Of a stretch of DNA of 64,000 bases, positions 9,462 to 19,537 are shown in pieces. The DNA lies in the NCBI GenBank assembly GCA_963716255.1, contig OY970303.1, forward strand, positions 8,288,001 to 8,352,000, read 5' to 3'. The stretch's first letter is position 1, and every line of letters starts with the position of its first letter. Source of the DNA: an uncultured Gemmatimonadales bacterium (GTDB lineage: Bacteria > Gemmatimonadota > Gemmatimonadetes > Longimicrobiales > Longimicrobiaceae). The notes below the pieces were generated by a model that was not told the origin of the DNA, did no database searches, and saw only the letters and a list, made by a program, of their open reading frames with translations. The position numbers and the translations under genes were made by a program.

Positions 9462-11402
9462 TCAGTTGCGGAAGTACCAGCGGATTCCGTAGATGGCGCG
9501 CGCGCCGGGAAACGGGCGGCCGGGAACGTCGGCGGCTCCGCGCAGGTTGAAGACGTTCTCCACCACCACGAAGGCGCGCACGTCGATCACCCGCACCTGC
9601 AGGTACGCGTTGAAGAGCGTATACGCCTGGCTCATGACGGGCGCGGGGACCTGGTCGTCGTCCGGAGTGGGATCGGGAAGCGGCGTCAGCGCCGATCCGC
9701 GCCGGACCAGCTCGAAGCGGAGGGTGGGCTCCAGGTTGCCGGTGTAGAACACGTCGTGGAACTCCAGCGCCGCCCGCCCCTCGTCCTCCGCCAGGTAGGG
9801 CCGCCCGCCGGTGTCGGTCCAGTACGTGTACCCCCCGTCCAGCCGCAGCCAGCTCCGCAGCAGCGGCACCGAGAGGTACGCCTCCACGCCCGTGGACGCC
9901 TCCGCCGCGGTCGCCCGCCCCAGCGCCTCGTCCAGCCGCAGCCCGAAGGGGGCGGCCACGTCCTCGTCCAGCACCACCAGCGAGGCGCCGGCGACGGCGC
10001 CCGGGCGCGCCCACTCGGCCCCGGCGCGGAAGCCGGCGAGCGAGGGCGACACGCTGCCGAAGAGCGGAAAAGTGTCCGCCCGGGCCAGCAGGGGGATGGA
10101 GGGAACGTAGACGGCCACGGAGTCGCGGGTGATCAGCGAGACGCCGCGCGTCCCCGCCGTCAGCGAGCCGAACGCCGAGAACCCGCCGAAGGGGCCGGCG
10201 CGGACGCTTCCCTGGAATTCCGTGCCCCCCTCGCCGCCCAGCGTGGCGCGCGCCCCTCCCTGCACCTCCAGCAGGCGCCCCGCCCGGAGCCCGGCGCGCG
10301 CTTCCAGCTCCGAGGTGGGCACCGCGAACGCCCCCTCGTCCTCGCCGCGCAGCCGCGCCACGCCCTCCACCCACCCGGCGCGCGACTGGACGAGCGCGCG
10401 GACCGCCCCCTGCACGCTGGACTGGCGCTCCGCGAAACGGTCGCGCCCCGAGGGGACGCGCCAGTTGCGCCCGGCCATCGCCTCCAGCGCCAGCGCGGGG
10501 CTGGGCAGCCAGCGACCGCGCACCCAGAGCGCCTGCCGGTCCGCCTCCTCGGCGAAGGCGGTGTCCTCCCGCACCAGCTCGGTGGTGCGGTACTCCACCT
10601 GCACCCCGGCGCGCGGGGTGAAGCGGTACCCCCAGCGGACGAAGCCGTTGGTCACCGCGAAGGGCTGCCGCAGGGCGAGCCCTTCCGTGTCCGCGATGTC
10701 GAAGGCCAGCGTCACCGTCTGCCGCGCGCCCACCGCCGTCCCGAAGAGCCCGCGCAGCAGGCGGGTGTTGGGGTCGCCGGTCCCCAGCTCGATCTGCGAG
10801 TAGGGGCGCCGGTCCGGGAGGCGGAAGGGGAGCAGTTCCACCCGCACCTCGTTCAGGCGGCGCTCCACGCGGATCCCTTCCAGCTCGGAGAGCGAGACCT
10901 CCTGCAGGTCCAGCGTCGCCGAGGCGAGCGGGTCCACCTCCCACCCGTCGTAGAAGAAGCGCGTGCGCCCCCCGCCCAGCCCCCACGGCGCCACCCCCGC
11001 CGGCTGCCCGTAGCCGCCGCCGCGGGTGATGGTCACGCCGGGGATGGTGCGCAGCAGGTCCAGCAGCGAGGTGCCGTGGAAGCGGCCCAGCGCCTCCCGG
11101 TCCCACGTCCAGGTACCCTGCCAGAAGCCCGCCGAGTCCGGCTGGGGCCAGGCGGGGAAGAGCGGCGCGGGGACGATGGAGTCCGCCCGCGCGGAGTCGG
11201 CCCGCTGCGGCAGGGTGTCGGCCGGCAGCGTCTCGCGGGGGACGCGGAAGGTCGCGGTGTCGCGCCCTTCCAGGCGGACGGTGTCCCGGGGGGCGGGGCG
11301 CGGCACGGTGTCCGGGCGCGCGGGCGGGTTCTGCGCCGCCAGCGCCCCGGGAATCGCGGCGAGCAGGAGCCCGGCGAGCAGCGCGCGTGCGGCCAGGCTC
11401 AT
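9462..11402 (-). CDS. Outer-membrane beta-barrel protein with TonB-receptor plug-like region
   Basis: Signal peptide (MSLAARALLAGLLLAA), LLDLLRTIPGV plug-like segment, amphipathic strands ending YGIRWYFRN. Confidence 0.6.
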   Translation of the reverse strand: MSLAARALLAGLLLAAIPGALAAQNPPARPDTVPRPAPRDTVRLEGRDTATFRVPRETLPADTLPQRADSARADSIVPAPLFPAWPQPDSAGFWQGTWTWDREALGRFHGTSLLDLLRTIPGVTITRGGGYGQPAGVAPWGLGGGRTRFFYDGWEVDPLASATLDLQEVSLSELEGIRVERRLNEVRVELLPFRLPDRRPYSQIELGTGDPNTRLLRGLFGTAVGARQTVTLAFDIADTEGLALRQPFAVTNGFVRWGYRFTPRAGVQVEYRTTELVREDTAFAEEADRQALWVRGRWLPSPALALEAMAGRNWRVPSGRDRFAERQSSVQGAVRALVQSRAGWVEGVARLRGEDEGAFAVPTSELEARAGLRAGRLLEVQGGARATLGGEGGTEFQGSVRAGPFGGFSAFGSLTAGTRGVSLITRDSVAVYVPSIPLLARADTFPLFGSVSPSLAGFRAGAEWARPGAVAGASLVVLDEDVAAPFGLRLDEALGRATAAEASTGVEAYLSVPLLRSWLRLDGGYTYWTDTGGRPYLAEDEGRAALEFHDVFYTGNLEPTLRFELVRRGSALTPLPDPTPDDDQVPAPVMSQAYTLFNAYLQVRVIDVRAFVVVENVFNLRGAADVPGRPFPGARAIYGIRWYFRN

Positions 11403-12943
11403 CCGCCGGACCGCTTCCCGGCGGAGCGCGCCCGCACCCACTCCACGAACAGGCGGGTGGGGACGCCGGTGGAGCCGCGCACCTGGTAGGGAAGCTTCCC
11501 CTCGCCGTACGCCGTCCCCGCCACGTCCAGGTGCACCCACGGGAAGCTCCCCACGAACTCGCGCAGGAACCAGGCGGCGGTGATGGAGCCCGCCGGCTTT
11601 CCCCCGGAGTTCTTGATGTCCGCGTACTCCGAGCGGATCTGGTCGCGGTACTCGTCGAGCATGGGGAGCTGCCACACGCGCGAGCCCACGCGCTCCCCGG
11701 CGGCGCGCACCTCCGCCGCCAGCGCCTCGTCGTTGGCGTACATCCCGGCCGCCGCGTGGCCCAGCGCCATCACGCACGAGCCGGTGAGCGTGGCCGCGTC
11801 CACCACCGCCGCCGGCTCGAAGCGCCGCGCGTACGACAGCGCGTCGGCCAGGATCAGCCGGCCCTCCGCGTCGGTGTTGACGACCTCCACCGTCTTCCCC
11901 AGGTGGGTGCGGAGGATGTCACCCGGGCGCATGGCGGAGCCGGAAAGCAGGTTCTCGGTGGCGGGGACGATCCCCACCACGTTGGCCCGGAGCCCCAGCT
12001 CGGCAATGGCCTGCATCGCAGCGAGGACCGCCCCCGCCCCGCTCATGTCGAACTTCATGTCCTCCATGTTCGCCGCGGGCTTGATGGAAATGCCCCCCGC
12101 GTCGAAGGTCACGCCCTTGCCCACGATCACCAGCGGCCTGTCGCCCTCCGCCCCGCCGCGGTGCTCAAGCACGATCAGCCGCGGCTCCTGGTCGGAGCCC
12201 TGCGACACGGCCAGCAGCGCCCGCATCCCCTCCTCCTCCAGCTCCCGCCGGCCGAGAATGGTCGCGTTCAGCCCGCGCTCCCGCGCGATCCGCTCCGCGG
12301 TCTCCGCCAGGTACCCGGGGGTGACCACGTTGGGGGGGAGGTTGCCCAGGTCGCGCGCCAGCCGCTCGGCGCGCGCGACGACCTCGCCGAAGCGGGCCCC
12401 CTCGCGCAATTCCTCCGCGGCCTCCGGCGTCGCGGCCAGCAGAGCGAGCTCCGCCACCCGCACCGGGGGCTCGCTCCCCTCCGCGCGCGACTTCATCCCG
12501 GTGAAGGTGTAGGCACCCAGCACCCCGCCCTCGGCAAGCGCGCGCGCCGCGTCCTCCGCGGCGACGCGCCCGGCGAGCATCCCGGGCGCGACCCAGAGCG
12601 CGAAGCGCTCCGCCCGCATCTTCACCGCCTGCTTCGCGGCGGTCCCGGCGGCGCGGCGCAGGCGCTCCGGCGTCAGCTCGTCCGCCCTCCCCACGCCCAC
12701 CAGGAGGACACGCTCGGGGCCGCCGGACGCGGCACCCGGGTACACCAGCAGGGTCTGCCCGTCGCGGCCGGCGAAGTCGCCGCGGGAGCGGGCAGCCGCC
12801 ACCTGCGAGGCGACCGGCGCGTCCAGCCCCGGGAGGACGTCCGCGCCGGCGGGCGCGTCCGCGGCGACGGGCACGGCGAGCAGGGGCGTGGCGAAGCGGG
12901 CCGGGGCGTCGGCCCGTACGGAAACGTTCATGAAGCGGTCCAT
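11399..12943 (-). CDS. pepA: Leucyl aminopeptidase (M17)
   Basis: VGKGVTFDAGG, MKFDMSGA, NTDAEGRL, HLDVAG; true start may be MNVSVR slightly downstream. Confidence 0.95.
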   Translation of the reverse strand: MDRFMNVSVRADAPARFATPLLAVPVAADAPAGADVLPGLDAPVASQVAAARSRGDFAGRDGQTLLVYPGAASGGPERVLLVGVGRADELTPERLRRAAGTAAKQAVKMRAERFALWVAPGMLAGRVAAEDAARALAEGGVLGAYTFTGMKSRAEGSEPPVRVAELALLAATPEAAEELREGARFGEVVARAERLARDLGNLPPNVVTPGYLAETAERIARERGLNATILGRRELEEEGMRALLAVSQGSDQEPRLIVLEHRGGAEGDRPLVIVGKGVTFDAGGISIKPAANMEDMKFDMSGAGAVLAAMQAIAELGLRANVVGIVPATENLLSGSAMRPGDILRTHLGKTVEVVNTDAEGRLILADALSYARRFEPAAVVDAATLTGSCVMALGHAAAGMYANDEALAAEVRAAGERVGSRVWQLPMLDEYRDQIRSEYADIKNSGGKPAGSITAAWFLREFVGSFPWVHLDVAGTAYGEGKLPYQVRGSTGVPTRLFVEWVRARSAGKRSGG

Positions 12944-12952
12944 CCCTGTGGG

Positions 12953-12985
12953 GGAGCCCCGCGCGGACGATCCGCGCGGGGCTCC
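12953..12985. terminator. GC hairpin after icd
   Basis: GGAGCCCCGCGCGGA-CGA-TCCGCGCGGGGCTCC perfect inverted repeat; no U-tract. Confidence 0.45.
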
Positions 12986-12991
12986 GGCGGG

Positions 12992-14293
12992 CTACATGTT
13001 GCGGACGATCTGCTCGCCGAAGCCGGAGGTCGACACCTTGGTCGCGCCCTCCATCATCCGCTCGAAGTCGTAGGTGACGGTCTTGTTGCCGATCGCGCCC
13101 TCCAGGCCGCGGATGATGAGGTCGGCCGCCTCCGTCCACCCCATGTAGCGGAGCATCATCTCGCCCGACAGGATCACCGAGCCGGGGTTGACCATGTTCT
13201 TGCCGGCGTACTTGGGGGCGGTGCCGTGCGTCGCCTCGAAGATGGCGTGCCCGGTGACGTAGTTGATGTTCGCCCCCGGCGCGATGCCGATTCCGCCCAC
13301 CTGCGCCGCCAGCGCGTCGGACACGTAGTCGCCGTTCAGGTTGAGCGTGGCGATCACGTCGTAGTCCGCCGGGCGGGTGAGGATCTGCTGCAGGAAGGCG
13401 TCGGCGATGGAGTCCTTGACGATGATCTTCCCGGCCGCCTCGGCCTCCTTCTGCGCGGCGTTGGCCGCGTCCGCCCCGTCCTGCTCGGCGATGCGGTCGA
13501 ACTGCGCCCAGGTGAACACCCGCTCGCCGAACTCGCGCTCCGCCAGGGCGTATCCCCAGTTCTTGAAGGCGCCCTCGGTGAACTTCATGATGTTGCCCTT
13601 GTGCACCAGCGTCACCGAGCGCCGGCCGTGCCGGACCGCGTGGCGGAGCGCCGCGCGCACCAGGCGCTCGGTCCCCTCCTGCGACACCGGCTTGATGCCG
13701 AAGCCGGAGGTGTCCGGGAAGCGCACCTTCTTGAAGCGGTCGGGGAAGGTCTGGGCGAGCACGTCGCGGAAGCGGCGGGCGTCCTCGGTCCCCTCCTCAA
13801 ACTCGATGCCGGCGTAGATGTCCTCGGTGTTCTCGCGGAAGATGGTCATGTCCACCTGGTCCGGACGCTTGACCGGGGAGGGCACCCCCTCGAACCAGCG
13901 CACCGGGCGGACACACGCGTACAGGTCCAGGATCTGGCGCAGCGCCACGTTGAGCGAGCGGATCCCGCCGCCCACCGGCGTGGTCAGCGGGCCCTTGATG
14001 CCCACCAGGTACTCGCGGAAGGCGTCCAGCGTGGCGTCGGGGAGCCAGTTCCCCGTCTGGTTGAAGGCCTTCTCGCCCGCGAGCACCTCCATCCAGCGGA
14101 TACGGCGCTCGCCGCCGTACGCCTTTTCCACCGCGGCGTCGAACACCGGCTGCGACGCGGCCCAGATGTCGGGCCCCGTGCCGTCGCCCTCGATGAAGGG
14201 GAGGACCGGGTGGTTGGGGACGGTCAGCTCGCCGTCGGCGATGGTGATGCGCTCCCCGTCCGCGGGGACCTGGGGCTGCCAGTTCTCTGCCAT
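12992..14293 (-). CDS. icd: NADP-dependent isocitrate dehydrogenase
   Basis: [63 protein letters not shown]. Confidence 0.97.
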   Translation of the reverse strand: MAENWQPQVPADGERITIADGELTVPNHPVLPFIEGDGTGPDIWAASQPVFDAAVEKAYGGERRIRWMEVLAGEKAFNQTGNWLPDATLDAFREYLVGIKGPLTTPVGGGIRSLNVALRQILDLYACVRPVRWFEGVPSPVKRPDQVDMTIFRENTEDIYAGIEFEEGTEDARRFRDVLAQTFPDRFKKVRFPDTSGFGIKPVSQEGTERLVRAALRHAVRHGRRSVTLVHKGNIMKFTEGAFKNWGYALAEREFGERVFTWAQFDRIAEQDGADAANAAQKEAEAAGKIIVKDSIADAFLQQILTRPADYDVIATLNLNGDYVSDALAAQVGGIGIAPGANINYVTGHAIFEATHGTAPKYAGKNMVNPGSVILSGEMMLRYMGWTEAADLIIRGLEGAIGNKTVTYDFERMMEGATKVSTSGFGEQIVRNM

Positions 14294-14378
14294 GGCTCTT
14301 CTATGCGGAAGTTCGAAGTGGGTACGGTCGGCCTCGTCGGCGCGCGCGTGAGCCCGCGCGCGGCGACAGGGTAGCACG

Positions 14379-14422
14379 AAAAACCTCCGGGGCGCAACGG
14401 GGTCACCGCCGCGCCCCGGAGG
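14379..14422 (-). terminator. Rho-independent terminator after gltA
   Basis: Minus strand CCTCCGGGGCGC...GCGCCCCGGAGG followed by TTTTT. Confidence 0.65.
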
Positions 14423-14443
14423 ACGACGATCAGGGCACGGAGC

Positions 14444-15577
14444 TTATCGCTCGCCGATCGGCTTGACCTTCAGTCCGCGGGGCCCCGTGTAGTCGGCCTG
14501 CGGGCGGATCAGCCGGTTGTTGGCGTACTGCTCGAACAGGTGCGCGGTCCACCCCGGCGTGCGCGCCAGCGCGAAGACGCAGGTGAACAGGTCCTCGGCG
14601 ATCCCCAGGGTGGTGTACACGCTGGCCGAGAAGAAATCCACGTTGGGGTAGATCTTCTTGCCCTTCTTCTCCATCTCCTCCGCCATGACGGCGCGGATCT
14701 GGTCGGAAAGGGTGAGCCAGTGCGTCTCGCCCGCCTCGGCCATGATCTGGTCGGCCAGCTCGCGCAGGATGCTGGCGCGCGGGTCGGTGGCCTTGTAGAC
14801 CCGGTGCCCGAAGCCCATCACCCGCTTGCCGCCCGCCAGCGCGTCGCGCACCCACTGCCCGGGCTCGGTGCCGCTCGCCTCGATCTCGCGCAGCATGTTC
14901 ATCACCTCCACGTTCGCCCCGCCGTGCGACGGTCCCTTGAGCGTGCCGATGGCGGAGGTGATCGCGGAGTAGACGTCCGAAAGGGTGCCGGCGGTGACGC
15001 GGGCCGCGAAGGTGGAGGCGTTCATCCCGTGCTCGGCGTGCAGGATGAGCGCGGCGTCCATGGTGCGGACGCGGGTCTCGCCGCCCTCCTCGCCGTTCAG
15101 CATGTACAGGAAGTTGGCCGCCATCCCCAGGTCGGAGCGCGGCTCCACCGGCTCCTTGCCGTGGCGGATGCGGTCGAAGGCGGCGACCAGCGTCGCCGTC
15201 TTGGCCGTGAGCAGGATGGACTTGCGGCGCAGCTCCGGCTCGGAGTTGTCGTCGGCGGCGGGGTCGAACATCCCCAGCGCGGACACGGCGGTGCGGAGCG
15301 CGGCCATGGGATCGGCCTCGCGCGGGTAGGCGCGGAGCATGTCCAGGAGCTCCGGGCTCACCGTGGCCTCCGCGGCGAACTGCCGCTTCAGGCCGTCGAG
15401 CTGCTCCTGGCTGGGGAGCTCGCCGTTCCAGAGGAGGTAGCACACCTCCTCGAAGGTCGTGTTGCGGGCAAGATCGTCGATGTCGTACCCGGCGTAGACC
15501 AGCTCTCCCTGGTTCCCGTCGATGTGGCTGAGCTTGGTCTCCGCGACAACTACACCCTCAAGACCGGCTTTGGACAT
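14444..15577 (-). CDS. gltA: Citrate synthase
   Basis: HAEHGMNASTF, GPSHGGAN, MGFGHRVYK..DPR, YPNVDF. Confidence 0.95.
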   Translation of the reverse strand: MSKAGLEGVVVAETKLSHIDGNQGELVYAGYDIDDLARNTTFEEVCYLLWNGELPSQEQLDGLKRQFAAEATVSPELLDMLRAYPREADPMAALRTAVSALGMFDPAADDNSEPELRRKSILLTAKTATLVAAFDRIRHGKEPVEPRSDLGMAANFLYMLNGEEGGETRVRTMDAALILHAEHGMNASTFAARVTAGTLSDVYSAITSAIGTLKGPSHGGANVEVMNMLREIEASGTEPGQWVRDALAGGKRVMGFGHRVYKATDPRASILRELADQIMAEAGETHWLTLSDQIRAVMAEEMEKKGKKIYPNVDFFSASVYTTLGIAEDLFTCVFALARTPGWTAHLFEQYANNRLIRPQADYTGPRGLKVKPIGER

Positions 15578-15776
15578 GGCAGCTTCCTCTATCGCGATTG
15601 CAGGGATAGATTACGTTTTTCCGCAAGCTTCGGGGTCCTGAGAGTGCCGCGGACGCGCCCCGCGCCCTGCCGCATCATTCGGACCACGCAAAGTCCGTCA
15701 GTATAGCGAGGGTTCCGCCGGCGTCGCAAGTCGCCGCCGCGCCTGTCCCGCGAGGCCCGGACCCCGCCTCCCACCC

Positions 15777-16340
15777 GTGAGCCCGCCTCGCTGCGTGACG
15801 CCAGACACCGACGCCTACCTCGTCGCACGGATCCTGGACGGCGACGCCGACCGCTACGCCGTCCTCGTGGGAAGGTACCAGGACTCGCTCTTCCGCTACG
15901 CCGTGGGGATGGTGCGCGACGGCGACCTGGCCTCCGACCTGGTGCAGGACTCCTTCGTCAAGGCGTACACCAGCCTGGCGAGCTGCCAGGACCCCAACCG
16001 CTTCGGGGCCTGGGTGTTCCGCATCCTGGTCAACCGCTGCAAGGACCACCTCAAGAGCCGCCGCCGGCACACGCTCCCGCTGGAGGAGGACACCGCCACC
16101 ACGCCGGACTCGGACAACCCGGCCGTCAGCGCGGACCGCGCCGACCTGCGGCAGGTGGTGGAGCGGGCGCTCGCAACGCTCCCCGAGGCGCAGCGCGAGG
16201 CCTTCCTCCTCAAGCACCTGGAGGGGCACTCCTACGAGGAGATGGCGGAGATGCTGGGCGCCTCCGTCAGCGCCCTGAAGATGCGGGTCCTGAGGGCGCG
16301 GGAGGCGCTGCAGGGGCTGCTGAAGGAGCTCGCCGAGTAG
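15777..16340 (+). CDS. ECF sigma-70 factor
   Basis: DLVQDSFVKAY, FGAWVFRILVNRCKD, LPEAQREAFLLKHLEGHSYEEMAEMLG; start codon uncertain. Confidence 0.88.
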   Translation: MSPPRCVTPDTDAYLVARILDGDADRYAVLVGRYQDSLFRYAVGMVRDGDLASDLVQDSFVKAYTSLASCQDPNRFGAWVFRILVNRCKDHLKSRRRHTLPLEEDTATTPDSDNPAVSADRADLRQVVERALATLPEAQREAFLLKHLEGHSYEEMAEMLGASVSALKMRVLRAREALQGLLKELAE

Positions 16341-16361
16341 GGCGAACGGGCACCGCGCGGG

Positions 16362-16736
16362 TCAGCCCGCCTCCGCCTGCTCCTGGTCTTCCTTGCAGAG
16401 GCGCGCGTGGGGGATCACCTCCAGCCGCTCGAAGCCGATCTCCCCGCCGCAGCGCTCGCACCTGCCGAACTCCTCCGGCGTGTTGAAGATGCGGCGCAGC
16501 GCCTCGTCGATCTCGTACAGCCGCCGTCCCTCCTGGCTGGCCAGCAGGAAGTCCTTTTCCTGCTCCTGCGCCTCCGTGCCGATGTCGGCAAGGTGGAGGC
16601 GGTACAGGCTCATCTCCCCGGAGCGGTCCCGCAGGTCCTGGGTGCGCTCCTCGAAGTGGCCCAGCGCCTCCAGCGCCTCCTCCCGCTCGCGCCGAAGCAG
16701 CGTCTCGATCCGGTCCCTCTGTTCCTGTGTCAGCAT
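16362..16736 (-). CDS. TraR/DksA family zinc-finger protein
   Basis: HLADIGTE, IDEALRRI...FGRCERCG.EI..ERLEVIPHARLC; start at MLTQEQR. Confidence 0.88.
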   Translation of the reverse strand: MLTQEQRDRIETLLRREREEALEALGHFEERTQDLRDRSGEMSLYRLHLADIGTEAQEQEKDFLLASQEGRRLYEIDEALRRIFNTPEEFGRCERCGGEIGFERLEVIPHARLCKEDQEQAEAG

Positions 16737-16805
16737 TCGCTCCCTCGTTCGGTCGGTGGGTTGCCGGCGGGGCGGGTAGCAACAACCATTCCGGCGCCCG
16801 GACGC

Positions 16806-16842
16806 ACGAAGCCCCCGCGGAAAGATCCCGTGGGGGCTTCGT
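16806..16842 (-). terminator. Hairpin downstream of tRNA-Leu
   Basis: ACGAAGCCCCC(G/A)CGG...CCG(T/C)GGGGGCTTCGT inverted repeat. Confidence 0.55.
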
Positions 16843-16849
16843 CGGTTCA

Positions 16850-16930
16850 TACCGGGCGGGGGACTCGAACCCCCACGCCTTGCGGCGAACGATTTTGAGT
16901 CGTTTGCGTCTACCATTCCGCCAGCCCGGC
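16850..16930 (-). tRNA. tRNA-Leu (anticodon CAA)
   Basis: Minus strand GCCGGGCTGGCGGAATGGTAGACGCAAACGACT-CAA-AATCGTTCGCCGCAAGGCGTGGGGGTTCGAGTCCCCCGCCCGGTA; acceptor stem, long variable arm and T-loop GTTCGAGTC present; CCA not encoded. Confidence 0.95.
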
Positions 16931-16964
16931 AAGGCTGAGATAACCGAAGATAATCTTCCCCGCC

Positions 16965-17747
16965 CTACTCCTCAACCATGGGGCGGGCGCCGGCGTAGCG
17001 CTCCACCAGCTGGAGCGCGTACACGGCCCGGCGGAAGGCGCGCTCCGGGTCGCCGGTGAGCACGGCCTCGCGCGCCCAGCGGAGCAGCCGCTCCGCCCGC
17101 TCGGCCTGCGCCTTCGGCATCTCGCGCTGGCGCTCGTGGACCACGGCCTCGGTGCGGGCGAAGATGCGCAGCGCCACCGCCGCCGGGGCCTGCTCCCGGG
17201 CCGCCGCGGAGGCGCGCGCCAGGTGCCCCACCGCCTCCAGCGTGTCGCCGCGGGCCAGCGACGCGGCCGCGCCGTCGCGGGCGGCGCGCACCGTCTCCAG
17301 CCCGGCGGCGAGCTCCGGCACCTCGCCGCCGTCCAGCACCGCCTCCGCCTCGCGCACCCAGGCGTCGGTCGCGCCCAGCGCCGCCGCCATGGTGGCGCGG
17401 TCCGGGACCGCGGCGAGCGCGCCCGCGGCGGTCTCCGCCGCCCGCTCCTCCGCGCGCAGCGCGCCGTCCAACTCGCCGGCGCGGCGCAGGCGCTTCGCCT
17501 CCTCGCGCAGCGCCTGCACCCGCAGCACCGCGGGCGTGCGCTCCCCCTTGCGCGCGGACAGGAAGGGGAGCCAGGTTCGCTCGTCCGGGAGCCCGCGCGG
17601 CGGCGACACGGCCACCCACATGCGTCCGCCGGCGGGGTGCGCCTGCGCCGACGGCCCCGTGAGGTCGTCCTGGCAGGCGGCGAGCGCCAGGCAGCAGCAC
17701 GCGGGCGCGAGGAGCGCGCGGAGCCCTCTGGGGCGGGTGGAGCGCAT
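16965..17747 (-). CDS. Hypothetical helical lipoprotein
   Basis: Lipobox LAAC after a hydrophobic stretch; Ala/Arg-rich helical body. Confidence 0.65.
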   Translation of the reverse strand: MRSTRPRGLRALLAPACCCLALAACQDDLTGPSAQAHPAGGRMWVAVSPPRGLPDERTWLPFLSARKGERTPAVLRVQALREEAKRLRRAGELDGALRAEERAAETAAGALAAVPDRATMAAALGATDAWVREAEAVLDGGEVPELAAGLETVRAARDGAAASLARGDTLEAVGHLARASAAAREQAPAAVALRIFARTEAVVHERQREMPKAQAERAERLLRWAREAVLTGDPERAFRRAVYALQLVERYAGARPMVEE

Positions 17748-17836
17748 GAGCACGGGGGAGCTTCGTGAGCCGGACGCAGCGGGGGGGTAAACGCAAGGTA
17801 TGCTCGCGGCTGGCGGGGGTCAAGCGGGAATCGTTC

Positions 17837-17883
17837 TTGACACCCCTTCCGAGCGGCGGATAGGTTGAATCGGACGTTCGATT
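17837..17883 (+). promoter_or_regulatory. Sigma70 promoter plus probable TetR operator
   Basis: TTGACA (17837) - 18 bp - TAGGTT (17861), followed by the near-perfect palindrome AATCGGAC|GTTCGATT (17868-17883). Confidence 0.6.
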
Positions 17884-17910
17884 GAACGACGAAACGGGGT
17901 TTCAGCCAGC

Positions 17911-18585
17911 ATGACCGAAGCACGCACCGCCTACGACGAGAAGCTGGAAAGCATCCTCCGTGCCTCGGCCGCCATCTTCGCCGAGAAGGGATACCACCAG
18001 GCGAGCATCCGCGACATCGCCCGGGCCACGCGGGTGAGCCTGTCGGGGCTCTACTACTACTTCACCTCCAAGGAAGAGCTCCTCTTCCTGATCCAGGACC
18101 ACGCCTTCGGCACCCTGGACGACACGCTGGGGCAGCTGCTGGAGGGGGTGGACGACCCGCACCGCAAGCTGCGCCTGCTGATGGAGAACCACCTCCGCTA
18201 CTTCGTCAACAACATGGCGGAGATGAAGGTGCTCTCGCACGAGGCCGACTCGCTCACCGGCGAGTTCCGCGAGCGGGTGAACGCGCGCAAGCGCCGGCTC
18301 ACCGACCGGGCGCTGGCGATCCTGGAGGAGCTGGGCCCGGGGAACGGCGTCGACCTGCGGGTGGCGACCTTCTCGCTCTTCGGGATGATGAACTGGCTGT
18401 ACAACTGGTACCGTCCGGGAAAGGACCTCCCGGTAGAGCAGCTCGCCGACCACATGAGCCGCCTGTTCATGGGCGGGTTCCTGAAGGAAGGCACGGAAGT
18501 TCCCGCGGGCGCGCTGGAAGCCGCCCCCGGCGAGAACAACCCGTCGATCTGGCGCTCCCAGGCCGACGGGTCGTCGTACGCCTGA
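17911..18585 (+). CDS. TetR/AcrR family regulator (PaaR/KstR2-like)
   Basis: IFAEKGYHQASIRDIARATRVSLSGLYYYFTSKEELL HTH; GMMNWLYNWYRP C-terminal motif. Confidence 0.92.
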   Translation: MTEARTAYDEKLESILRASAAIFAEKGYHQASIRDIARATRVSLSGLYYYFTSKEELLFLIQDHAFGTLDDTLGQLLEGVDDPHRKLRLLMENHLRYFVNNMAEMKVLSHEADSLTGEFRERVNARKRRLTDRALAILEELGPGNGVDLRVATFSLFGMMNWLYNWYRPGKDLPVEQLADHMSRLFMGGFLKEGTEVPAGALEAAPGENNPSIWRSQADGSSYA

Positions 18586-18616
18586 ACGCAGCACCGAACC
18601 CAGAAACGGAGACACG

Positions 18617-19447
18617 ATGGCTACCGCAACGACCGAGATCCCCGGGACCGAGCAGAACACCCTGGTCGGCTACGAGACCCGGGACGGGATCGCGATCTTC
18701 ACGCTCCAGGACCCGCCGGCGAACACGTACACGCACGAGATGATGCGCGACCTGGACGCCGCCATCCTCCGCGCGCGCTTCGACCCGGCGGTGGACGTGA
18801 TCGTGATCACCGGGGCCGGCGAGAAGTTCTTCTGCGCCGGGGCCAACATCAACATGCTGCAGAAGGCCGACCCCACCTGGAAGTACTACTTCTGCCTGCA
18901 CGCCAACGAGACGCTGCTCAAGCTGGAGCACACCCCCAAGCTGGTGATCGCGGCGCTCAACGGCCACACCGTGGGCGGCGGGCTGGAGATCGCCATGGCG
19001 GCGGACCTGCGCATCGCGCGGCGCGGCGCCGGCAAGGTGGGGCTCCCCGAGGTGGCGCTGGGCGTGCTCCCGGGCACCGGCGGCACGCAGCGGCTCACCA
19101 AGCTGGTGGGCGCCAGCCGGGCCATCCAGCTCATGGCCAAGGGGAGCAACTTCGACTTCGACGAGGCGGAGCGGCTGGGGATCGTCAACAAGGTGCTGGA
19201 CGCCGGCTCGCGCGACGAGTTCCTGGACCAGGTGCTGGCGTACGCAAGGCAGTTCACCCGCCCCAACAAGGCCACCTTCGCGGTGGGCAACATCAAGCGC
19301 TCCTGCCAGAGCGGCGCCGAGCTGCCGCTGGAGCAGGGGCTGGCGCTGGAGCGGGAGCTACAGGCGCTCCTCTTCAACTCACAGGACGCCAAGGAAGGGC
19401 TGACCGCGTACGTCGAGAAGCGCCAGCCGCACTTCTCGGGCAAGTAA
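18617..19447 (+). CDS. Crotonase-family enzyme (BoxC-like)
   Basis: FFCAGANINML...WKYYFCLHANET, GGGLEIA, LPEVALGVLPGTGGTQRL. Confidence 0.85.
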   Translation: MATATTEIPGTEQNTLVGYETRDGIAIFTLQDPPANTYTHEMMRDLDAAILRARFDPAVDVIVITGAGEKFFCAGANINMLQKADPTWKYYFCLHANETLLKLEHTPKLVIAALNGHTVGGGLEIAMAADLRIARRGAGKVGLPEVALGVLPGTGGTQRLTKLVGASRAIQLMAKGSNFDFDEAERLGIVNKVLDAGSRDEFLDQVLAYARQFTRPNKATFAVGNIKRSCQSGAELPLEQGLALERELQALLFNSQDAKEGLTAYVEKRQPHFSGK

Positions 19448-19537
19448 CCACCACGCGGGAGGGACGGGGGCGGGACCGCCGCGCGCCGGGTGCGCACGGG
19501 GCGGCCCCTCCCCCGCCTTCTGCTTTTGGAGACCGAC